Source of the DNA: a virus
Reading direction: 5' to 3' (one strand)
Virus record (IMG/VR): IMGVR_UViG_3300020180_000013
Span: 32,196 to 96,195 of that record
Length of the DNA: 64,000 bases
A model generated the notes under the pieces. It ran no database searches. It saw nothing but the letters and a program-made list of their open reading frames with translations, and was not told where the DNA came from. The stretch's first letter is position 1, and every line of letters starts with the position of its first letter. The position numbers and the translations under genes are program-made. Shown piece after piece: positions 29,133-38,371 of this stretch.

Positions 29133-30493
29133 ACTACTGCTGCATCTACTACAAGAGTTCCTACTAATATAGTAGTATTTCCATTGATAGCCAAGTTAGC
29201 TACAGATGTTCCATATACATGGACATTTTCAGCTGTAACACTATTTATAGAATTAGCTCCTGCTCCTGCAATAAGAGTGGTAGAGTTTAATATTAAAGTT
29301 GAAGCAAAATCTTTTCTAATTGCTTCTGTTGCTGCAGCTGGTGTTATAACTCTACAAGAGTTTAGTATTAGTACTCCACTACCAAAATTAATAACTGGTA
29401 CAAATAGTGTACTTGTTATAGTTCCTCCATTGACAATTATTTGTCCTCCTACAGCTGCTCCACTATTATTTACAGCAACTGCTCCTGCAGCACTACTACT
29501 TATATCTCCATTAAATACACATCTTCCTGTAGATCCTAATTGATAACCATGTGCTGAAGCATTTGATCCTGATGTAGTATTTCCATTAACTGTAAGATTT
29601 CCGTAACCTGTTGTAGTACCACATATACCAAGTGTATTTGTACTATTTCCATTAAGAATGGTTGATCCTGCAGAGATCACTATATTGGCAGCATTACTAG
29701 ATGCATTGATATTACCATTCATAGTTATAGTTCCTCCGGTATTGGTAATTGCTTGACCTGCTGAATTTGTGATATTTCCATTTAAAGTAGCAGTTCCTGC
29801 AGATATTAAAATACCTCCACTAGTACTAACTATATTTCCATTGGAAACTAGTATACCTGCTTGTACTTGTATAGGTGTTCCATTAGTAGTATTTACAGTA
29901 CCGTAAGTTGTTAGTGTACCGTTAGTAAGAAGAATAGTATTAAGAAGGTTGGAATTAAAATTATTAGCATATACTGTAACTACACTTCCTGCATTCTGAA
30001 GTCTAATAGCATGGCCATTTGTTCCTGCTGTAGTTCTTTGTATAGTGTGGGCATTATATATAACACTATTACAAGCTATATTATTATCATCAATAGCAGC
30101 TAGTACTCCTGCTGCCAGATCTATAGATCCTCCATTGAGGTCCCAATCAATAAAATTACCTAGAACTATGCCTTCTGCAGAATTAAAGTTTTTTACACTA
30201 ATACTTATCCTTTTGGTAGCACTAGGAGTTAATGCTGCTGCTGCAATTGAAGCTGCTGCTTTGGTTAAAAAAGGCAAATCTGCCCTTTCAGCCAGACCAG
30301 TACTATCTGATCCAAAACTTTCATCTACAAATACAGTATTTGAAACAGGTAATTGTAATGCTCCATCTCTTATATCTGCAAGAGTACATTGTAAAGCAGC
30401 AGTACCTGGTCCTTGAACTACAGGGAAAATATCTGTTAAAGCTAGTGGTACTACAGCTAAGTTAAATTGATCGACTCTTTTATCTACTGCCAT
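29129..30493 (-). CDS. Putative tail spike with parallel beta-helix (anchor + beta-helix)
   Basis: 454 aa; VFVDESFGSDSTG...PFLT start, then ~21-aa G/N/T/I coils (xxxGTxTxNGNI). Confidence 0.72.
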   Translation of the reverse strand: MAVDKRVDQFNLAVVPLALTDIFPVVQGPGTAALQCTLADIRDGALQLPVSNTVFVDESFGSDSTGLAERADLPFLTKAAASIAAAALTPSATKRISISVKNFNSAEGIVLGNFIDWDLNGGSIDLAAGVLAAIDDNNIACNSVIYNAHTIQRTTAGTNGHAIRLQNAGSVVTVYANNFNSNLLNTILLTNGTLTTYGTVNTTNGTPIQVQAGILVSNGNIVSTSGGILISAGTATLNGNITNSAGQAITNTGGTITMNGNINASSNAANIVISAGSTILNGNSTNTLGICGTTTGYGNLTVNGNTTSGSNASAHGYQLGSTGRCVFNGDISSSAAGAVAVNNSGAAVGGQIIVNGGTITSTLFVPVINFGSGVLILNSCRVITPAAATEAIRKDFASTLILNSTTLIAGAGANSINSVTAENVHVYGTSVANLAINGNTTILVGTLVVDAAVV

Positions 30494-30513
30494 TTTATTT
30501 AGTTTTTAAATTA

Positions 30514-32079
30514 TTATCCTAAAAGCCATTTTGATCCATCAAGTTGTAAGAAGTATCCTCTGGCCGGGTCTCCTGCTGTACCTGTCCATAACCAGAATGA
30601 TCCCGGTAATGTAGATACTGTTCCAAAAGGACAGAAGATATCAACTCCATCTACAGTCACTACTGCTCTTATTTTATATGTAGTTCCTGAAGTCACACCT
30701 GCACCACTAAATGTTCCACCTACTGGGCCTATTGCAGGATTAATGAAGTTCATAGAAGTTACCAAAGTAACTCCTGCTGCATCATACAACTGAATAGTAT
30801 ATGTTATAGGTGTTCCTACTATATTATTAAATGTGAATGGAATGGTTGTCTCAGTAGGAGTAGTAGTTATAGTAGGACAAGCTGTAGTATTAACTATAGT
30901 ATAATTAATCTCTCTCTCACAGGTTGTATTAGTTGAAGGATTAGTCCAGCATCCAAATAGCTCAAGATTGAAATTACAAGCAAGGCTTAAAGGTGTTGCA
31001 GAAATATCTATTGAGTATCCTGGTATGTTATTAACATATGTTAATACCGGTATATTAGTAATTAACTGTGTTCCAAAACAATCTGTAATTATTAACTCAT
31101 TTCCTGCAGAGAAGCAATCTATAAATCCTGCAGGTACTGAGCCGGTAAAGAATAGTGTAATTATTGTACCTGAGAAAGTAGCTGTCATATTAATTACTAA
31201 AGCCTCACATCCTGTAGGACAACATGTTTCTTGAATATTTTTAACTGCAGCTCTTAAATCACATATAGTGATCCACATGTTATTGATTGAGTCTGCTAGA
31301 TCATTATAATTTACTTGAGTGATCCATCCTGAGAGACTACCCATATTTACTCCAGGAAGTCCTAGTGACTGCTCTAGATCTAGACCGGCACATTGTTTCT
31401 GTATAGATAGAAATATATCATTAGGTGTTCCTGTTGCCGATCTGAGCTCGCAGAACTGTTGTTCTAAAGCTGCAACTATTGTAGATATTGGTACTGGATC
31501 AGAAGGTGGTGGAGTGATTACACAAACCGGAAACATTGTTACTTCTGGTTGTGGAACATCACTGCAGCAGTTTAATTCGATATAAGTTAACCTTGCTTCA
31601 TGATTAGCAAGAGTCTGTTGTATAGTAGTAATAGTCTGTAGTATAGTGCAGATCTTATTTCCAATTGCAGTAACATAGTCTGTTAACTGCATTGTAGTGA
31701 TCTGGTCTCCTAATTGATTTATAAAATAGAAACAAGGAGCAATATTAACTACACAATCAGGACATCCTGTAGGTGTAGGAGGAGCTTCTCCATTACAGCA
31801 CTGTTCTAGTGTACATATCTTATCTAGAACAAATTGTAAAAGATCATGAATATTTTCCGGGGTAGGACAAATTGGGTTAAAACAGGTAAGATCAAAAGTA
31901 TTAATATCTAATTGATCAACTAATGTACAGAGCTCCTGGGCTAACTTAGCTACTACATCACTTACAGAATCCCCTTTACATAGTGTTATACAAGGAATAT
32001 CAGGTCCTTGCCAGATAACACAGTTAGAGGATATTGGATTACACCCCTCTTGATTTGTATTTGATTGTATTGGAAGCAT
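30514..32079 (-). CDS. Cys-rich fibre/appendage protein (coiled coil, FN3-like domain, C-terminal FLQxDGxxWLL peptide)
   Basis: Likely true start MLPIQS at 32079 (521 aa); the upstream 62 codons of the tracked ORF overlap a promoter and the previous gene. Heptad ILQTITTIQQTLANHEARL. Confidence 0.68.
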   Translation of the reverse strand: MLPIQSNTNQEGCNPISSNCVIWQGPDIPCITLCKGDSVSDVVAKLAQELCTLVDQLDINTFDLTCFNPICPTPENIHDLLQFVLDKICTLEQCCNGEAPPTPTGCPDCVVNIAPCFYFINQLGDQITTMQLTDYVTAIGNKICTILQTITTIQQTLANHEARLTYIELNCCSDVPQPEVTMFPVCVITPPPSDPVPISTIVAALEQQFCELRSATGTPNDIFLSIQKQCAGLDLEQSLGLPGVNMGSLSGWITQVNYNDLADSINNMWITICDLRAAVKNIQETCCPTGCEALVINMTATFSGTIITLFFTGSVPAGFIDCFSAGNELIITDCFGTQLITNIPVLTYVNNIPGYSIDISATPLSLACNFNLELFGCWTNPSTNTTCEREINYTIVNTTACPTITTTPTETTIPFTFNNIVGTPITYTIQLYDAAGVTLVTSMNFINPAIGPVGGTFSGAGVTSGTTYKIRAVVTVDGVDIFCPFGTVSTLPGSFWLWTGTAGDPARGYFLQLDGSKWLLG

Positions 32080-32094
32080 GTCTCTATGTGTGTT

Positions 32095-32129
32095 AATATA
32101 ATATACAATTAATTTTTTTAATCTCCAAA
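32095..32129 (-). promoter_or_regulatory. Putative promoter TTTGGA-N18-TATATTAT
   Basis: Same motif and spacing as 38321-38355; lies ~15 nt upstream of the ATG at 32079. Confidence 0.6.
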
Positions 32130-32212
32130 ATAAATATCTAAAGTAGCCAAAAAGTTTCATCATCTTGTAAAAAGAAAGCTTCAGTAGAAGTACCACCATC
32201 ACCTTCATATAA

Positions 32213-34687
32213 CTATGCATCTGTAACAGCCGGGATTGGAGGTATTGGACAATCTGATAATTCACTACATATCATTGTACCACATAGGATTTCGTCATTT
32301 GTTCCTACATAAAATAAACATCCCCCTATCTCTCCTTGAGCTGTAGTATTCACTCTCTGAAGTAATATACAAATACCTGTTTCATCAAAAGTGATTATCT
32401 CTAAATTAACTGAAGATATAGATATAGATGCTGTAAGCAGTGCTTGTAGTTGATCTATAGTAGAAGTTGTAGATAATGTAACCGGAGTATTAATTGCTGC
32501 ACCTCCTATTGTGAATGCAAAAATACTTGAAATAGTATCTTCCGTATTAAACTCAGCAACACATAACTTAGTATAGCACATCTCTCCATTAAATACATGT
32601 GCAGGAGCTGGGCATGGAAACATTGAATTACTTGCTGAACAAGTAGAACATGGATTACAAGTATTACACTTGTTTACTTGACAACATGTAGAAATAGTAT
32701 TGCATGGATTAGGAAAACATGCATTGATTTGTTCAGGACAATAATTGGGATCTACTAGTTTACTTAAGTCAGATAATTGCTTTCTTAACCATAGTTGAGG
32801 TAAATGAATACCTTCACAACAAGTACCTACTCCATATTTTAGCTTTTTAACAACCTTATAGAATCCTTCACCAAATCTCTTGTTATCATTAATATCACAT
32901 TCTCTCTCATCTATCTTATAAAAGATCCTTACTGGATCAGGTATAACTTTAGCTGGAGGAGGAATAGGTATTATAACTTTTGGTATACAGCATTCACAAT
33001 CTGCATAGATCCCGGGATTATATGAAGTAATAACTACTGCATCATCACATGTACCACTTATAGATACTAACCAACATAATATAGGATCTATCTCAGGTCC
33101 TCCTTCAATAACTAGCTCATTAACAATCTTACCTACTATTTCAGCCAGGTTTGATGTAGTTACAATAGGATCTTCTACACCAGTGCAATTGGTTAATAAA
33201 TAACATATAGGGGGATTACACTCTAAACAATCTGCAAAGACTGTAATTACAGGATCTACTATTACTCCAATAGTATTATCACAATTATTTGCTAATGATA
33301 CAGTCCAACAGATATCTCCAAATGATTCTATCTTAATAGTCTGCCCTAGATATACTTCAAAGTCATTAGATACTGTAATAGGTATATGAGGATCTGTATC
33401 AGAACAGTCTGTTAATATATAACAAGTTGGATTACATGTATCACAATCTGAAAAACTAGTAATAGTATATCCTCCAGGAAGTCCTATAGATCCAACACAT
33501 GATCCGGCCAATGTTACTTGCCAACAAATATCCCCATATGAAGATACTTTAATTGTCTGACCTACATATGCACTTAGATCATTAGATATAACCTGAGTAG
33601 GCTCAACACTTTCACAATCAGTTATCAAATAACATATTGGAGGTGCACATGTTTCACAACTAGTGAATGAAGTTATTACTGCTCCTGGTAATGGATTTGG
33701 ACCTGGAAAATCTACATCATTACATGAAATCTGAGTTACTGTCCAGCATGTATCCGGATCTAAACTAGTTCCTGATACTTTAATTGCTCCTATTCCTATA
33801 TAGGGTGCTACTACATCATTATTTGTTATTACTATATTTTGAGGGTTAGCACAATCTATTAATTGATAACAACATACTATAGGTGCTGACTCTATTTTTA
33901 CACACTGGTAGTCTTGACCAGGACATAATGATAGAATATATCCGGGGGCACACTGGTATCCTTGTATCTCAGCTAGTTCAAAATAACTGGATACTCTACT
34001 CATACTAGAATATATAGTTACTGCAGCTAATTGAACTGGTGAAACATAAGATAATAATTGAGCTAATGTTGCATTATAGATCTCTGCTGCAAATCCTGCA
34101 GTAGCTCCTCCTCTACTTAATCCTTCAAAAGAGAGGATATTGGTTCCGGCCTGAAGTGTAATTGGAAATACATGCCAATACTGATATGGAAATTGTGTAG
34201 AATAAGTTGTAGTTTGAACAAATACTTGACCATTTAACTTAATTCTAAATTCATTTTCTGCAGAAATACCTATATAGTAAGTGGTCTCTTGTAGTAATTC
34301 TAAACAGAATGTAAATCCAATCCACTCATTTACATGTTGAACTGGATTTTGATCATCACAAATCCATACACCGGCATTATTTAATCTACCATTATTTACA
34401 TTGCCATTGCCCCATAATACTGTAGGACCACTAGAATTAGTTACAAGAAGTGTATTATTTATTCCATCTAGAAATCTATCTGGAGTTATAGCTGACGTTA
34501 TGGGTAATGGTCTACTATTAGTTGATTCATAAAATAGAGCTCCATTTAGGTTATACTTTGGTTGTCTAATTAAACTACATACCTGATTAATAGGATATCC
34601 TGAAAGATTTCCAATAGTAATTTTCTGGCAGCCAGAACCATCTGGAGTAATCTGATAACCTGGAGGACAATTACATTCTAGAGCCAT
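32213..34687 (-). CDS. Cys-rich modular structural protein (EGF-like motif, PA14-like domain, four 6-Cys repeats)
   Basis: 824 aa; CNCPPGYQITPDGSGC; YYIGISAENEFRIKLNG...ITLQAG (PA14-like); repeats CYxxxxC...CW...C...CxxC. In-frame extension to 32138 after the TAG. Confidence 0.7.
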   Translation of the reverse strand: MALECNCPPGYQITPDGSGCQKITIGNLSGYPINQVCSLIRQPKYNLNGALFYESTNSRPLPITSAITPDRFLDGINNTLLVTNSSGPTVLWGNGNVNNGRLNNAGVWICDDQNPVQHVNEWIGFTFCLELLQETTYYIGISAENEFRIKLNGQVFVQTTTYSTQFPYQYWHVFPITLQAGTNILSFEGLSRGGATAGFAAEIYNATLAQLLSYVSPVQLAAVTIYSSMSRVSSYFELAEIQGYQCAPGYILSLCPGQDYQCVKIESAPIVCCYQLIDCANPQNIVITNNDVVAPYIGIGAIKVSGTSLDPDTCWTVTQISCNDVDFPGPNPLPGAVITSFTSCETCAPPICYLITDCESVEPTQVISNDLSAYVGQTIKVSSYGDICWQVTLAGSCVGSIGLPGGYTITSFSDCDTCNPTCYILTDCSDTDPHIPITVSNDFEVYLGQTIKIESFGDICWTVSLANNCDNTIGVIVDPVITVFADCLECNPPICYLLTNCTGVEDPIVTTSNLAEIVGKIVNELVIEGGPEIDPILCWLVSISGTCDDAVVITSYNPGIYADCECCIPKVIIPIPPPAKVIPDPVRIFYKIDERECDINDNKRFGEGFYKVVKKLKYGVGTCCEGIHLPQLWLRKQLSDLSKLVDPNYCPEQINACFPNPCNTISTCCQVNKCNTCNPCSTCSASNSMFPCPAPAHVFNGEMCYTKLCVAEFNTEDTISSIFAFTIGGAAINTPVTLSTTSTIDQLQALLTASISISSVNLEIITFDETGICILLQRVNTTAQGEIGGCLFYVGTNDEILCGTMICSELSDCPIPPIPAVTDA

Positions 34688-34702
34688 TACTATTTATACT
34701 AT

Positions 34703-34885
34703 TTACAATTGAGATAGACTTTGATTATTTTTTGGTAATTGTACTGGTTTTGGTTGTACTTTAGGTTGTGTTAGTTTCTGGTTATATGCACTAACACAAC
34801 TTGTACAACACTGTTGTTTATCTAAAGCTACTCTTACGTGGCAGCCACATGATAGTGACGTTCCACAATTATTACATTTTGCCAT
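34703..34885 (-). CDS. Small Cys-rich (putative Zn-binding) protein
   Basis: 60 aa; CNNC...CGC...CCTSC; preceded by an AAACCAAC leader. Confidence 0.7.
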   Translation of the reverse strand: MAKCNNCGTSLSCGCHVRVALDKQQCCTSCVSAYNQKLTQPKVQPKPVQLPKNNQSLSQL

Positions 34886-34932
34886 ATTACTTGGTTTGTT
34901 GGTTTAATATTAGCAACCACATTATAATTAAT

Positions 34933-35523
34933 CTATAAATTTCCAATACAGGCTCTGGATATATTTGATCTAGCTATTTTTAATGTATCTGCTGCTTCTT
35001 TTATACAATTCCATTCTTTTATTAATAGATTATCTTTTGTATATTGATAAATCTTTTTCATTTGTTTCTTCCCTGGATTGATATCTGATAACATTCTTTG
35101 TCTATTAGATTCATCTACTCCATTTAGTTTGTTTATATTAGCAACTCTTCTAGCTATAGAGGACTCTTTCATAGGATTTCTATCTGATTTCATCCTTTCT
35201 ATAATTGCTTTATTATTTTGTCTTCCTGTTCCTCCATCTCCACCAATAGTTCCGTTAGTTAATTTACAGAAACTTTTATAATGTTTTATTAATTCTATTT
35301 CACAAAAATTTAGATTTGATTCAGAACCTGTATATAATATTTTAAAACTAGGTTTTATATTATTAATTTTCAATAATCTTATCCATTTCTGTTTATGAGT
35401 ACCTAGATATTTTTCTGTTAAATGTTTACTTAATCTAGACTTAGGAAATAAAGTTTTTCCAATGTATCTAATTTGATCATTTCTAGGATCAACTAATGCA
35501 TATATATGTCCTTGTCTTTCCAT
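34933..35523 (-). CDS. GIY-YIG homing endonuclease with apparently truncated NUMOD1 domain
   Basis: HIYALVDPR...RYIGKT...R...E...LTNGTIGGDG; C-terminal IYQY...IKEW...EAA...NISRAC. Likely start MERQG at 35523. Confidence 0.85.
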   Translation of the reverse strand: MERQGHIYALVDPRNDQIRYIGKTLFPKSRLSKHLTEKYLGTHKQKWIRLLKINNIKPSFKILYTGSESNLNFCEIELIKHYKSFCKLTNGTIGGDGGTGRQNNKAIIERMKSDRNPMKESSIARRVANINKLNGVDESNRQRMLSDINPGKKQMKKIYQYTKDNLLIKEWNCIKEAADTLKIARSNISRACIGNL

Positions 35524-35524
35524 A

Positions 35525-36082
35525 TTAACAATTTCCACACCCACATAAACAACTTAATTTATTTAGTCTCTTTAATGCATATAAATAAATATCCATTCCA
35601 TGTTTTGGTGAATGACAGTATTCTACTTTTGCTTTTGCTGCATCAAATAATGTTCTTATGAACTGAAGTTCTCTAATGAACTTATCTATCTCTGCAGTAG
35701 GATCACAACCTCTTATATCAAGACAACATAATACATTACTGTATTTTTTTAGTGCTGATGTTATTCTTAAATGATTATATTCTACAAAGACTATATCATT
35801 GGGAGAAACACTATATCTTGCAATATATACTCCATCTGGTAGGGTATTGAATGTAGTAGTGCAATTAGTTGTTTGAATACCTAAAGCACATGCTGTGATA
35901 TTCTCTATAAATCCGGGTTCTATATCTGGTACTATAGAAGCTTCCCAAAATCCTGGACTTGTTATTTCTAACTTAGGACACTCAAGAGGAATAGTAGGAT
36001 CATAAACTGAAGTATCTATAACTCTTATAATGCAAGAGTTCAGTACATCAGGTATTTCTAGACTTAGGACATGTTTTGCCAT
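35525..36082 (-). CDS. Hypothetical structural protein (Cys-rich)
   Basis: 185 aa; LPDGVY Ig-like strand then helical C-terminus; located in the structural block. Confidence 0.55.
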   Translation of the reverse strand: MAKHVLSLEIPDVLNSCIIRVIDTSVYDPTIPLECPKLEITSPGFWEASIVPDIEPGFIENITACALGIQTTNCTTTFNTLPDGVYIARYSVSPNDIVFVEYNHLRITSALKKYSNVLCCLDIRGCDPTAEIDKFIRELQFIRTLFDAAKAKVEYCHSPKHGMDIYLYALKRLNKLSCLCGCGNC

Positions 36083-36114
36083 AGGTTAAATGTATAAATA
36101 AAGTTAATTAAAAA

Positions 36115-36152
36115 TAAAAAAGGGAAGGAAGTTTTTGTCCTCCTTCCCTTTT
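36115..36152 (-). terminator. Intrinsic terminator
   Basis: Minus strand AGGGAAGGA...TCCTTCCCT followed by a T-run, right after the 702-aa gene. Confidence 0.85.
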
Positions 36153-36171
36153 CTTTACCAATTCATACAAT

Positions 36172-38280
36172 TTATCCTGCTTCTACTACAGTGATTGAGT
36201 AAACAACATTTGTCTGACATCCATTAGTATCAACTACTGATACTGTGAACTCATATGTTCCGGTAGTAGTTGGTGTTCCTGTGATATCACCTGTTGTAGC
36301 ACCTAGTACTAAACCTGGAGGTAAAGCACCAGCTGTAACTTCAAAGCTATAAGGAGCTGTTCCACCTGATACTGCAATTGGAGTGAATACATATGGTATA
36401 TCTACTGTTCCACCTGATACTGCACCAGCTGTTGGTACAAAGGTAAGAATAGCACAAGCACCAGGACAAGCTGCCCCACATGCATATGTTTCAAGTGCTA
36501 TTGAACAATTACAAGCTGTTAACCAGGTTGCCATTGTAGACTCAAATGTAGCACTAACTGCAGTAGTTATGATCTCTAATAGATATTGATCATTATCAAA
36601 TACTCCAGTTGGGTTATTAAACCTTGGAACACTATGTAAGATAAAGTATCTATAGTATTGAGCTGATCTAATAATTGCACTAGATATATCATATCCTTGA
36701 GTTACTTCTCTAATACGAAGATCTTCTCCAGTATAGAAGTAATTCTGCATATAGCTTTCTGATAAGATCAAGTCTCTTAAAACTTGTTCACCAAAGCCCA
36801 TACCTTGTCTTGGAGGACATTGCTCAACTATACAAAGACCAGTGAATGCACATACATCTCCTGTTTCATCTACTTCAGAAGGGAGGATTTTAACTGGTTC
36901 TTTCTCAAAATAATCAGTTGGATAGAAAGTACAATCTCCAAATTTAGTGTCAATAAAGGCACCCATAATTTTCATACCTGCACAAGCACCATCAATATGG
37001 CCTGGAGATACGTAATTATCCCATGTTGGAGTCACTGTTGCAGTAACTGTAAGTACTAATCCTGTTCCTGGTGATAACAAAGGAGAAGTTAAAGTATCTC
37101 CTACTGCATAACTTAAACCTGGATTATTAAATACTACTGCAGTTACTACTCCACCGGCAACTGTTACTGTTGCTACAGCTCCAACACCTGAACCAGAACT
37201 TTGGAATGTTACATTAGTAAATGTACCATTGTTATATCCCGAACCAGCATTAGTGATAGTTGCTGCACCAACACCTGGACTTAAATCAAATCCACCAGTG
37301 TCACCAACTTTAATATCTTGGCCTGGAGCATACCATCCAACACCATTTTCATCATAGATTACTATATTCAAGAATGGACCTACAATTCTATTTGCAAGAA
37401 GTTCATTAGCCCATCCAATAAATACTAAAGTAGAATCAACTGGTACCGGAGTTCCACAACCTGCAGGGCAACATCCAGTGTAAGATGCAGTAGTCCAGTA
37501 TCCATTACGAGATAAGTATCTCAATTCTGGTGAACCTTTAACATCTACTCTTAAGAAGTATGTTTCATCACATAAAAACTCTTTGCAGCATGTAACATCA
37601 GTTACTGCTGTGATAGCTGCTACAGTTAGTACTGCTGCAGTACCAGGAGTAAAAGTAATACCAGTTACACCAAGTACATTACCTACATCATAGAAACTAC
37701 CTGGAGCAGTAATAGCAACTGCAGTGATCGCACCACCAGCTACTGTTACTGTTGCAAGGGCACCGTTACCAACTGCACCAGTTAATACTATGTTAGTATA
37801 AGTACCATTAGTGTATCCTGTTCCAGCACCAGTAATAGTTACTGAGGCTACTCCACCACCATTAGTATAAGGAGTATTACCTACATGCACCACATTTTGG
37901 TTAGGTGTACAAGGATCTACTCTATAAAATCTGTTTACGTATTTAGGATTGATCATTTTAGATTTGGTTGATTCCTGGTATCCACCATGGAAAGGACCAA
38001 TCTTGTCATGTTGATATAAAGCAGTACTTGCTAGAATCAACGGTGCTCCAGTTGTAATCTGGGCATCAGCAGCAACTACTGATAAATAAGTTTTTGGATC
38101 AAAGAGTCCAAATACACCTAATCCTAATTGGTAAGGTGATGCTCTATTGATTAATTGTACACTAGGTACTCCGGATGTTACCAAGAATCCTGTGGTTACT
38201 CCAGAGTGGGATCCATCAGCTGCCTGAGTAGGATGTGTCCCAATAAAGAGTTTTGCAAATGCATGATTGAAATAAGCCAT
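36172..38280 (-). CDS. Structural protein (auxiliary capsid/tail) with two inserted Gly/Thr-rich beta modules and C-terminal putative Ig (He_PIG-like) domain
   Basis: 702 aa; duplicated ITxAGxGYxNGT...ATVTVAGG module; GGTAPYSF...GALPPGL...TGDITGTPTTTGTYEFTVSVVD. Has its own promoter and terminator. Confidence 0.7.
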   Translation of the reverse strand: MAYFNHAFAKLFIGTHPTQAADGSHSGVTTGFLVTSGVPSVQLINRASPYQLGLGVFGLFDPKTYLSVVAADAQITTGAPLILASTALYQHDKIGPFHGGYQESTKSKMINPKYVNRFYRVDPCTPNQNVVHVGNTPYTNGGGVASVTITGAGTGYTNGTYTNIVLTGAVGNGALATVTVAGGAITAVAITAPGSFYDVGNVLGVTGITFTPGTAAVLTVAAITAVTDVTCCKEFLCDETYFLRVDVKGSPELRYLSRNGYWTTASYTGCCPAGCGTPVPVDSTLVFIGWANELLANRIVGPFLNIVIYDENGVGWYAPGQDIKVGDTGGFDLSPGVGAATITNAGSGYNNGTFTNVTFQSSGSGVGAVATVTVAGGVVTAVVFNNPGLSYAVGDTLTSPLLSPGTGLVLTVTATVTPTWDNYVSPGHIDGACAGMKIMGAFIDTKFGDCTFYPTDYFEKEPVKILPSEVDETGDVCAFTGLCIVEQCPPRQGMGFGEQVLRDLILSESYMQNYFYTGEDLRIREVTQGYDISSAIIRSAQYYRYFILHSVPRFNNPTGVFDNDQYLLEIITTAVSATFESTMATWLTACNCSIALETYACGAACPGACAILTFVPTAGAVSGGTVDIPYVFTPIAVSGGTAPYSFEVTAGALPPGLVLGATTGDITGTPTTTGTYEFTVSVVDTNGCQTNVVYSITVVEAG

Positions 38281-38320
38281 TGTTTTTTAGTTTTTAGTTA
38301 TACACAAAATTTATACACAT

Positions 38321-38355
38321 ATTATAATATAAAGATAATAAATTTAAAATCCAAA
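38321..38355 (-). promoter_or_regulatory. Putative promoter TTTGGA-N18-TATATTATAAT
   Basis: Intergenic, 40 nt upstream of the 702-aa gene; motif repeated elsewhere in the window. Confidence 0.6.
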
Positions 38356-38371
38356 TAAAATATTAATTATT

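Noticed and set aside
32080-32265. N-terminal 62 aa of the tracked 583-aa ORF
   Set aside because: Overlaps the previous gene's end and a promoter motif; paralogy with the 174-aa protein begins near MLPIQ.
27563-34687. Diversity-generating retroelement acting on the fibre genes
   Set aside because: No reverse transcriptase and no template/variable repeat pair seen; the paralogy is N-terminal.
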